Shown here: positions 56,502 through 64,000 of the stretch, piece by piece
How positions within the stretch are numbered: position 1 is the first letter of the stretch
Layout of the letters: every line of letters starts with the position of its first letter
From: Parcubacteria group bacterium M6-OD1-1
Lineage (GTDB): Bacteria > Patescibacteriota > Minisyncoccia > GWC2-36-17 > M10-OD1-4
Reading direction: 5' to 3'
DNA length: 64,000 bases
NCBI GenBank assembly: GCA_003056085.1
Contig: LSNK01000005.1
Span: 10,122-74,121, forward strand
Position numbers and translations under genes: made by a program
Notes under the pieces: model-generated
Seen by the model: only the letters and a program-made list of their open reading frames with translations
Told to the model about the DNA's origin: nothing
The model's database searches: none

Positions 56502-57944
56502 TTATTTCTTCAAAAATAAATTAAAGTCTTCTTTTGATATTCCTTTTATTAAATACATAGATGAGAAATAAACAAAGATGCCGACAAATAAAAGTATAAA
56601 AAACCCGCCAACAGGAAAAATCATGAGAATCGTTGTCATTATTGAAGCTGACAGCACAGCCTTCAGCAACGCAGTGATTTTAGGAATATACTTTATATAC
56701 TTATAGATTATCACAAACATCAAAAAAGTCACCAAAAGCTCTGTCGCCACATTAACAAAGGAAGCCCCTATATAAGAATATTTTTCAATAAAATATAAAT
56801 TTGCAGATATGTTAAAAACGGCGCCGGCACCATAAACAAACATTACTTGTTTTTGTTTGTGTATTGCGATAATAGAATTCCCGAAAAGAGCCCCTAAAAA
56901 CATAAAAAATATGGAAAATATAAGTATTCTAAAAACAGGAATTGCCCCTTCATATTGGCTTCCTCCTATAAGATTTATTATTTCCGGCGCCAAATAAAAA
57001 CCCCCAAAAACTATAGGAATAGACACTATGTTCAAAAAATCAAATGATTTTTGAAAAACTTTTTTAAAATTATCCTTGTTTGAAATAAAATAATTAGACA
57101 AAAGAGGCATAACCAACCCCACAAACATAGCTGGGAAGAATATAATATTCTCTATAACTTTATATGCCATATTATAAATTCCGACATCTTTAAAATCTTT
57201 TAAAAAAGAAAGTATTAGTGTATCTCCTTTAAAATAAATAAGCACCAAAACAGAAGAAGCTGCAAGTGGCCAGCTTTGTTTTAGTATTTTAGACATAGAT
57301 GCTTTTTTAAAAGAAAAATCAAATGGAATAAATCTTTTTGCGAAAACAAATACTAATAAAAAATTGATTAATGAACCGAAAACAAATACTAATAAAAAAT
57401 CTATAAAATCAGACCCTTTTTGATATAAATAAATAACAAGTATTAGCTGGACAATTCTTGCAGAAACATCCGCAATCGCCGGAAGAAGTGTTTTTAAATA
57501 TTTTTGAAAAATTCCCATCAAAACTTGCGACAAGGATAGAAAAACAAAACCTAACGACGCTATAACAACCCCGAGTTTTATTTCAAAAGAATAAACCGGT
57601 ATAAAATAAACAACAACAAAAGACAGAAAATAAAAAAACAAGAGCAAAAAGACTCTTGTTATAAAAATATTTGAAACTACCTCTTTTTCGTCTGCCTGAG
57701 GCTTGGAAACCTCTCTTATCAAAAGATTATAGAGTCCGAAGTCAGCAAAAACAGAAAAAATATACAAAAAAGCAATTACTACATTATAGCTGCCAAACCC
57801 CTCGGGACCCAATTCTCTTGCAATAAAAGCTATTGAAATAAGCCCTAATAAGCTTGATGCTATCTTCCCGGAAAATGAGATTACCGTATTTTTTGCCACT
57901 TTTTGTTTTATATCATTAAGCATTTTCTGTTCCATAAACAACAT
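56502..57944 (-). CDS. Wzx-type polysaccharide flippase
   Basis: KVAKNT, ARELGPEGFG.Y, DFGL, VGIYNMAYK, many TMs; start may be 57923. Confidence 0.9.
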   Translation of the reverse strand: MLFMEQKMLNDIKQKVAKNTVISFSGKIASSLLGLISIAFIARELGPEGFGSYNVVIAFLYIFSVFADFGLYNLLIREVSKPQADEKEVVSNIFITRVFLLLFFYFLSFVVVYFIPVYSFEIKLGVVIASLGFVFLSLSQVLMGIFQKYLKTLLPAIADVSARIVQLILVIYLYQKGSDFIDFLLVFVFGSLINFLLVFVFAKRFIPFDFSFKKASMSKILKQSWPLAASSVLVLIYFKGDTLILSFLKDFKDVGIYNMAYKVIENIIFFPAMFVGLVMPLLSNYFISNKDNFKKVFQKSFDFLNIVSIPIVFGGFYLAPEIINLIGGSQYEGAIPVFRILIFSIFFMFLGALFGNSIIAIHKQKQVMFVYGAGAVFNISANLYFIEKYSYIGASFVNVATELLVTFLMFVIIYKYIKYIPKITALLKAVLSASIMTTILMIFPVGGFFILLFVGIFVYFSSMYLIKGISKEDFNLFLKK

Positions 57945-58197
57945 CTTCTATTTTCTCTAAAATAAAGGCATCACTTACTATAACTTTCGTTTTTTCTATT
58001 TTTACTATTTGAGAATTATCTATTATAAAAAGCCTTCCTAAAGGAATTCCTAAAAATTTCTTTTTAACATAAATTTTTTCTATCTTTTCAGATAATTTAT
58101 TTTTTTTAACCAAGACGACAACTCCAAGCTTATGACCGCTTTGAGTAAAAACAGAAAATCCTATTAAATTATTCTTCCTCTTTTTTAGAAAAAACAT
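57916..58197 (-). CDS. PRC-barrel-like protein
   Basis: LIGFSVFTQSGHKLG.V ... I...QIVKI....VIVSD. Confidence 0.65.
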   Translation of the reverse strand: MFFLKKRKNNLIGFSVFTQSGHKLGVVVLVKKNKLSEKIEKIYVKKKFLGIPLGRLFIIDNSQIVKIEKTKVIVSDAFILEKIEDVVYGTENA

Positions 58198-58903
58198 ACC
58201 ATTGTTGTAAGACAGAAAATAAAGTTGTTGTAGCCCAGTAAATAGCTATCCCAGCATACAACGACCCTGCTATTATAACAGTTATAACAGGCATAACATA
58301 TGTCATTTGTTTTGATATGGAAACTGAAATGTCATCGAACTTCTTTTTAGAACCATCTGTCTTAATATTTTTTCTTGATTTTTCCTGTTGTTTTAAAACC
58401 ATCTTGGATTGGTAAAATTGAAAAATTCCGGCAATTAAAGCAATATAAATATTTTTTTGGGATATATCTATAAAACCTAAAAATATATAATTTATTTCTC
58501 CGGGATTTTGCATAAAACTGTAAAGATCACTCAAACTGTCAGAATTAAAACCGGACAAGAAAACCCAGTAGAGAGCTATTAATATCGGGAGTTGAACAAG
58601 TATAGGCAAGCATCCGGAAAATGGACTGACTTTTTTTTCTTTGTATAAAGCCATCACTTTTTTCATCTGTTCTTCTTTTTTATCTTTATATTTTTCTTGA
58701 ATCGCTTTCACCTCAGGCTGTATTTTAAACATATCTTTTTGGGACTTAATAGCCTTTTGAGATAGTGGGTAAAGGGCAAATCTTATTATTAATGTCAGTA
58801 TTATTATAGCTATTCCAAGATCAAAAAAAGCCACTGTTTCATATAGAAAAATCAACAGATTAAACAGTGGTCTAACTAATATTTCATTAAAAAATGCAGC
58901 CAT
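58169..58903 (-). CDS. yidC: Membrane protein insertase YidC (short form)
   Basis: AIIILTLIIR, QPEVKAIQEKYK, PFSGCLPILVQLPI, IYW. Confidence 0.95.
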   Translation of the reverse strand: MAAFFNEILVRPLFNLLIFLYETVAFFDLGIAIIILTLIIRFALYPLSQKAIKSQKDMFKIQPEVKAIQEKYKDKKEEQMKKVMALYKEKKVSPFSGCLPILVQLPILIALYWVFLSGFNSDSLSDLYSFMQNPGEINYIFLGFIDISQKNIYIALIAGIFQFYQSKMVLKQQEKSRKNIKTDGSKKKFDDISVSISKQMTYVMPVITVIIAGSLYAGIAIYWATTTLFSVLQQWYVFSKKEEE

Positions 58904-58914
58904 TTTATTTTATA

Positions 58915-59148
58915 TTATTTTAGAGGATCATACCCGCCTTCACAAAAAGGGTGGCATCTTTTAATCCTTTTTAAACCAATAAATAAACCTTTTATAAAAC
59001 CGTATTTTTCAACAGCTTGATAACAGTACTCGGAACAAGACGGATAAAACCGACACTTGTAAATCGTTAAATAATTTTTAAATATACCGTGATCGGGGGA
59101 TAGGGTTTTTTGATATATCTTTATTAAAAATAAAATTAAGTATTTCAT
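58915..59148 (-). CDS. yidD: Membrane protein insertion efficiency factor YidD
   Basis: [27 protein letters not shown]. Confidence 0.96.
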   Translation of the reverse strand: MKYLILFLIKIYQKTLSPDHGIFKNYLTIYKCRFYPSCSEYCYQAVEKYGFIKGLFIGLKRIKRCHPFCEGGYDPLK

Positions 59149-59171
59149 TTATAAAATTTAAGATGAACCCA

Positions 59172-59510
59172 TTATAGCAAATTAATTTCTTTAAGAGAAT
59201 TCTTTATATTCAACTCCAGCTCAGAATAACTTGCGTCTAAAGAATTATTTCCCATAAAAAAGATTATATCATAACCCGGCTTTATTTCGTTTATATGAAG
59301 TCTTATTACCTCTCTTGCCCTTCTTTTTATTTTATTTCTGTCAACAGCTCTTTTTGAAACCTTTTTACTTACAACAAAACCAAATCTGCTGTTTAAAAGG
59401 TTATTTTTTTTATATCTTAACAAAAAAAATTGGTTTTTAAAAAATCCGCTTTGTTTAAATATGGTTTTAAAATCCTTATTTTTTGTAATTTTATAAGGTT
59501 TTTTTAGCAA
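59172..59510 (-). CDS. rnpA: Ribonuclease P protein component
   Basis: RFGFVVSKKVSKRAVDRNKIKRRARE; TTG start; synteny. Confidence 0.96.
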   Translation of the reverse strand: MLKKPYKITKNKDFKTIFKQSGFFKNQFFLLRYKKNNLLNSRFGFVVSKKVSKRAVDRNKIKRRAREVIRLHINEIKPGYDIIFFMGNNSLDASYSELELNIKNSLKEINLL

Positions 59511-59637
59511 TTTTGTCTATTTTAAAAACCTCCTAAAGAATATTTTCTACTCTGACTTCTAAATTTTGATATAATTTGCGATAAATTTAAAAATCTTGCG
59601 ATAAATTTTATTCTCAAAGAGGTCTTTGGTTTTATTA

Positions 59638-59787
59638 TTATTTTTTATAAGAAGTTACAGAAAGTTTTTTTCTGCCTTTTTTTCTTCTTTCAGACAAAAC
59701 TTTTCTTCCGCTTTTAGTCTTTGTTCTGATTAAAAAACCGTGAGTTTTGGCTCTTTTTTTTCTTTTTGGTTGATATGTTACAGACAT
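59638..59787 (-). CDS. rpmH: 50S ribosomal protein L34 (below the ORF-track size cutoff)
   Basis: Manual translation [49 protein letters not shown]. Confidence 0.96.
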   Translation of the reverse strand: MSVTYQPKRKKRAKTHGFLIRTKTKSGRKVLSERRKKGRKKLSVTSYKK

Positions 59788-59833
59788 TTGTAATTTGAAG
59801 CAATTTCTCACTAACTAATAATTATTTAAAACT

Positions 59834-60000
59834 ACTGTACCAGCAAAAACCGTTAAAGTCAACAATAAAGAGGTATTTTATATTAAAAACAATTCCGGTT
59901 AAGTTGTAAAGATAAAAATAGAAACCTTTTTTATACAGCTTATTAACATGTTGTGCACAGGGTGTGGATTTTATTAGCTTTATTGTGGATATTTTGTTTA
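59834..60000. promoter_or_regulatory. rpmH/dnaA divergent promoter region with degenerate DnaA boxes
   Basis: Minus-strand TTGACT-17-TACAGT (59862-59834); ttattaaca, ttgtgcaca, tgtggattt, tgtggatat between about 59940 and 59995. Confidence 0.65.
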
Positions 60001-60057
60001 TTTTTTACAGCTATGATATACTTCTTAGACATTTAAGAATTAACTCGGATAAAAAAC

Positions 60058-61431
60058 ATGGACAATCAAGAACTATGGCAGTGCGTACTGTCTGATATAG
60101 AGCTTAGTGTCTCTAAAGCCAACTTTAATACTTGGTTTCGTGATACAGCTATCTATACCAGAGAAGGGAACGCGGTTGTAGTATCTGTGCCGAGTTCATT
60201 TACTAAAGAGTGGCTTGAAAACAAGTTTAATAAATTTATTTTAAAGTCTTTAAGAGAATTAAATTCTGAAATCAAAGAAGTTAAATTTATTGTTTACACA
60301 AATCAAGAAAACATATCTCAAAATAATAATTTAATAACAAAAAAGAAGAAACAAATATTCAAAAAACCTGAAAATCAACTTCAATTGAAGGTATTAAATA
60401 AAGACGCAGAAAATAATCTTAATCTCAAATATACATTTGACACATTTGTAGTTGGCTCTTCAAATGAATTGGCGCATGCGGCGGCAAAATCTGTTACTAA
60501 AAATTTAGGAACTATATATAATCCTCTTTTTATTTATGGCGGATCAGGACTTGGAAAAACACATTTACTCCAATCGATCGGAAATAACATCTTAAAACAA
60601 GACTCTTCTAAAAAAGTTAAGTATTTATCCGCTGAAAAATTTTCAAGTGAGATGATTTCCGCCATTCAATGCGGTGAAATGGAGAAATTTAAAAATAAAT
60701 ACAGAAAAATAGATCTTCTTATTATAGACGATATCCAGTTTTTATCAGGAAAAGAAAAAACCCAGGAAGAATTTTTTCACACATTTAATGCTCTTTATGA
60801 AAAAAATAAACAAATAATAATAAGCTCCGACAGACCTCCAAAAGCAATTAAAACACTTGAGGATAGGTTAAGATCAAGGTTTGAAGGGGGAATGATAGCA
60901 GATGTCAGTTATCCGGATTTTGAAACAAGACTCGCTATCTTAAAATTTAAAGTAGCGTCAAAAGAAATAATCTTATCAGAAGATATTATGTCTTATATAG
61001 CGGAAAATTTTAAAAGAAATATAAGGGAGCTGGAAGGCGCTTTAAATAAGGTTATTATGCAGATGAATATATTAGGCGACAAAAAAATATCCTTAAATTC
61101 TGTCAAAAAAACCTTATCTTCCGAATCAGAGATGCCTAAAAAAATCATAAATATAAAACAAATACTTAAAATCGTTGCTAATTTCTATGATGTTGAAGAA
61201 AAACAACTTATTCAAAGAATAAGAAGGCAGGAAATAGTAAGACCAAGACAAATAGCTATGTTTTTATTAAGAAATGAATATAAAGCTTCTTTTCCGACTA
61301 TAGGTAGTAAAATGGGGGGTAGGGACCACACAACCGTGATTCATGCTTGTGAAAAAATAAATAATGAATTAAAAACAAATAATATGTTGGCGGAAGAAAT
61401 AAATTTAATAAAACAAAGATTATATACATAA
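60058..61431 (+). CDS. dnaA: Chromosomal replication initiator DnaA
   Basis: YNPLFIYGGSGLGKTHLL, IDDIQFL, QEEFFHTFN, RLRSRFEGG, NIRELEGAL, GGRDHTTVIHA. Confidence 0.99.
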   Translation: MDNQELWQCVLSDIELSVSKANFNTWFRDTAIYTREGNAVVVSVPSSFTKEWLENKFNKFILKSLRELNSEIKEVKFIVYTNQENISQNNNLITKKKKQIFKKPENQLQLKVLNKDAENNLNLKYTFDTFVVGSSNELAHAAAKSVTKNLGTIYNPLFIYGGSGLGKTHLLQSIGNNILKQDSSKKVKYLSAEKFSSEMISAIQCGEMEKFKNKYRKIDLLIIDDIQFLSGKEKTQEEFFHTFNALYEKNKQIIISSDRPPKAIKTLEDRLRSRFEGGMIADVSYPDFETRLAILKFKVASKEIILSEDIMSYIAENFKRNIRELEGALNKVIMQMNILGDKKISLNSVKKTLSSESEMPKKIINIKQILKIVANFYDVEEKQLIQRIRRQEIVRPRQIAMFLLRNEYKASFPTIGSKMGGRDHTTVIHACEKINNELKTNNMLAEEINLIKQRLYT

Positions 61432-61729
61432 AAATCATTAATTATTAATGATTTTTTAAACCTTAGAAGTGTTGATAAGTTGTGGGTAGAGTATTGAAAA
61501 AATTGTTTACTAACTTGTATATAACATCTTAATAAAAAAGTCTTATTTTTTATTAATAGCAAAAATTAACATCTTAATAAAATTATTAATACATTATACA
61601 CAAAGTTATCAACTATTTATTTTAATCAAAAACTGTTTATTTAAAAGATTATTTTGATTTATCAACAAGAAAAAACTTACTTAATAGTAATAACTATATT
61701 ATATATAAATATAATACTAACTATACATT
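61432..61729. other. Probable oriC (DnaA boxes, trio-like repeats, AT-rich unwinding region)
   Basis: TGTTGATAA 61470, TTATACACA 61594, TTATCAACT 61606, TTATCAACA 61659, then TAA-TAG-TAA-TAA and an AT-rich stretch before dnaN. Confidence 0.75.
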
Positions 61730-62857
61730 ATGAGTGAAAAAGAGAATAAATTAAAAATTATTTGTTTACAGGAAAATATTAAAAATGGTCTTAATATTTC
61801 TGAAAGAGTTTCTTGTAAAAATTCAAACCTGCCTATTTTAAATAATGCTTTAATAAAAACAGATAAAGGTTTTTTAAAAATATTATCAACTAATCTTGAA
61901 ATAGGTGTTGAAGTTTTAATTCCTTGTAAGGTAAAACAACAAGGTAGTTCTATTATTCCAATAAGGTTAATTTTAAATCTTATAAACAATCTTCCAAACA
62001 CAAAAATTCAAATAGAAGAATTTGAAAATAAACTTTTAATAAGCACAGATAATTTAAAAACAAGTATACCAATAATAAACAAAGAGGAATTTCCTATAAT
62101 TCCAAAAATAAAAAAAGAATCAGATATTATTATTAATTCTCAAATATTTAAAAAAGCAATAGAACAAGTTTTAAATTCTGTCGCTTTATCTGATTTAAAA
62201 CCTGAAATATCAGGAATTTTATTTGATTTTAAGAAAGATTCTTTAAATATTGTAGCAACAGATGTTTTTAGACTTTCGGAAAAAATAATTTTAAATAAAG
62301 ATATAAAAAAAATAGAATATAATGAAAGTTTTATACTACCTTATAAAACAGCCCAAGAGTTGGTTAAAATAATAGATTCAAATAATGATATTATTTTAAA
62401 TATAGAAGATAATCAAGTAGCTTTTTTATATGATAAAATAAATCTTATTTCAAAAATAATTGAAGGGGAATATCCAAATTATAAACAAATAATTCCAAAA
62501 GAAAGTAAGACAAAAATAATTTTAAATAAAGAAGAATTTTTATCTAAAATAAAAATTGCCAGTATATTTTCTTCAAACATTAATGATATTAAATTATTAA
62601 TAGATGTTAAAAATCAAAATATTTTAATAAAATCAGAAGATAATATTAAAGGAGAGTTTAGTTCAGAAATTGATTTTAATAAATTAGAAGGAGAAGATAT
62701 TAAAATAGTGTTTAATTGGAAGTATTTATTAGATGGGCTTTTAAATATAGAAGGAGAGGATATTGTTTTTGAATTATCAGGAAATTCATCTCCGGCTATG
62801 CTTAAATCTAAAGAATTTAACGATTATCTTTATATAATAATGCCAATTAAACAATAA
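61730..62857 (+). CDS. dnaN: DNA polymerase III beta clamp
   Basis: LPILNN.L, STNLEIG, EEFP.IP, VATDVFRLSE, IEGEYPNY.QIIP, YIIMPIK. Confidence 0.97.
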   Translation: MSEKENKLKIICLQENIKNGLNISERVSCKNSNLPILNNALIKTDKGFLKILSTNLEIGVEVLIPCKVKQQGSSIIPIRLILNLINNLPNTKIQIEEFENKLLISTDNLKTSIPIINKEEFPIIPKIKKESDIIINSQIFKKAIEQVLNSVALSDLKPEISGILFDFKKDSLNIVATDVFRLSEKIILNKDIKKIEYNESFILPYKTAQELVKIIDSNNDIILNIEDNQVAFLYDKINLISKIIEGEYPNYKQIIPKESKTKIILNKEEFLSKIKIASIFSSNINDIKLLIDVKNQNILIKSEDNIKGEFSSEIDFNKLEGEDIKIVFNWKYLLDGLLNIEGEDIVFELSGNSSPAMLKSKEFNDYLYIIMPIKQ

Positions 62858-62860
62858 TTT

Positions 62861-63145
62861 ATGTTTACTTCATTAAAAACCGTATTACCAAGTAAAATAA
62901 AAAATTTAGGTATAAAAAACCAGGTTGATGTTATTGATAATTGCAGGAAAATAGAAATTATTATAAATAAAAAAATAAATTCTGATTTTAAAATTAAAAT
63001 TTCAGCGTATAAAGATAAATCAATTTTTATAAAAACAGAAAATTTTCAATTAGCTAATGAAGTAAAATTAATGGAACAGGTTATTAAAAAGGAACTTAAA
63101 AAAAACAATATAGAAATTAAAAATATAAAATATATAATCCAATAA
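62861..63145 (+). CDS. DciA/DUF721-like protein
   Basis: 94 aa basic protein right after dnaN; size and position fit, sequence motifs weak. Confidence 0.5.
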   Translation: MFTSLKTVLPSKIKNLGIKNQVDVIDNCRKIEIIINKKINSDFKIKISAYKDKSIFIKTENFQLANEVKLMEQVIKKELKKNNIEIKNIKYIIQ

Positions 63146-63180
63146 TTTATATATTAAATAAATTCAAATCCATATTTTAG

Positions 63181-63225
63181 TAATAATTTAAAAACACCTC
63201 ATTTTGAGGTGTTTTTAAATTATTA
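63181..63225. terminator. 21-bp inverted repeat, bidirectional terminator
   Basis: taataatttaaaaacacctca-ttt-tgaggtgtttttaaattatta between convergent genes. Confidence 0.8.
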
Positions 63226-63227
63226 TT

Positions 63228-64000
63228 TTATTGTGTTTTTATTATCTTAACTGATGCTTGGTTTGAGTTTTGATATTTATCATAAACCCGCACACTTATA
63301 ATATTATTTCCGTAGCTTGCATTAGATAAATCTATTTTTGTTTTATAAGGCGGATAAAAATCTGATGATAGATAAGAGTTGTTTAAAAAGAAACTAACCT
63401 CTTTTATTTTAAATTTAGATTCTATATTAAGTTCGATATCTATGTTTTTTGTAAAAGATTGATTAATTCCCGGTTTTATAATAGTTATTTTTGGTTTGTT
63501 TTCTTCTGTATGTATATCATCATATTCTTTCGGTGGTTTTTCATTAATGTATGAAAACCCAGGATTTTTTCTTATCCAAGAAATTAAACCCTCTTCCCAG
63601 TTATTGTATTGAGGATTATTTTTTTCCGGGTCTTCTGGAGGATTACCTAATATATCATTTCTATCTATGTAATGAAGTATATTATGAGTATTTCTGTATG
63701 ATTTTTCTATAATCATACTTTCCGGAGTTAAGTCTGTAGCGAGTTTTCCGGATGCTTTATCTATTTTAACCGTGGTTCTATTCATATAACCGCCGTTTAA
63801 AATGCTTTTTTCTCTGATTATTTTTTCCGGACTGCTGAAATTGCCGAATATGGTTATTTTAGATAAATCATTAATAAATCTATTAAATATAGGGCCGGCT
63901 ACAAGACTGCCCGCAGCACCATCTTTTAATGATGTATGATCGTTGTTTCCGACCCACACAGCAACAGAAACATTAGTTGTGTATCCAACAACCCAAGCGT
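63228..64000 (-). CDS. C-terminal part of a class A penicillin-binding protein with Ig-like tail (5' end outside window)
   Basis: AWVVGYTT..SVAVWVGNND...G...AGPIF transpeptidase C-terminus; terminal Ig-like domain. Confidence 0.85.
   Translation of the reverse strand, partial: AWVVGYTTNVSVAVWVGNNDHTSLKDGAAGSLVAGPIFNRFINDLSKITIFGNFSSPEKIIREKSILNGGYMNRTTVKIDKASGKLATDLTPESMIIEKSYRNTHNILHYIDRNDILGNPPEDPEKNNPQYNNWEEGLISWIRKNPGFSYINEKPPKEYDDIHTEENKPKITIIKPGINQSFTKNIDIELNIESKFKIKEVSFFLNNSYLSSDFYPPYKTKIDLSNASYGNNIISVRVYDKYQNSNQASVKIIKTQ

Noticed and set aside
1-64000. Genetic code 25 (TGA=Gly), diversity-generating retroelement, rRNA genes, transposases
   Set aside because: Long genes are intact under code 11 and some end in TGA; no reverse transcriptase, TR/VR pair, rRNA or transposase sequence recognised

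Overview
AT-rich bacterial chromosome segment using genetic code 11 (TGA is used as a stop). Gene content points to a Patescibacteria/CPR (Parcubacteria-like) genome: alpha2-type GlyRS, tRNA-Arg(GCG), rpsO-NYN-pnp, a PrgI/split-VirB4 T4SS-like locus and mostly SD-less core genes. The window holds housekeeping genes (glyQS, hup, rny, xer, clpP, tig, ppa, nusA, cca, rpsO, pnp, comM, pcrA, rsmA), a small accessory island (22.1-25.6 kb), a TA module, a giant LysM-like protein, a Fic protein, a ~16 kb T4SS-like operon, glycan flippase/ligase genes and the rpmH-dnaA-dnaN origin region. The most unusual signals are non-coding: (1) an intact tRNA-Gly nested inside the anticodon of a second, interrupted tRNA-Gly copy beside glyQS; (2) a three-member family of structured intergenic elements with terminal inverted repeats; (3) an 87-bp near-identical leader duplicated in front of both VirB4-related genes; (4) a cassette-like array of small SD-led ORFs separated by a repeated terminator+hairpin module; (5) many long, nearly loop-less perfect palindromes. 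All calls were made by eye from the sequence and ORF track; no database searches or folding programs were run.
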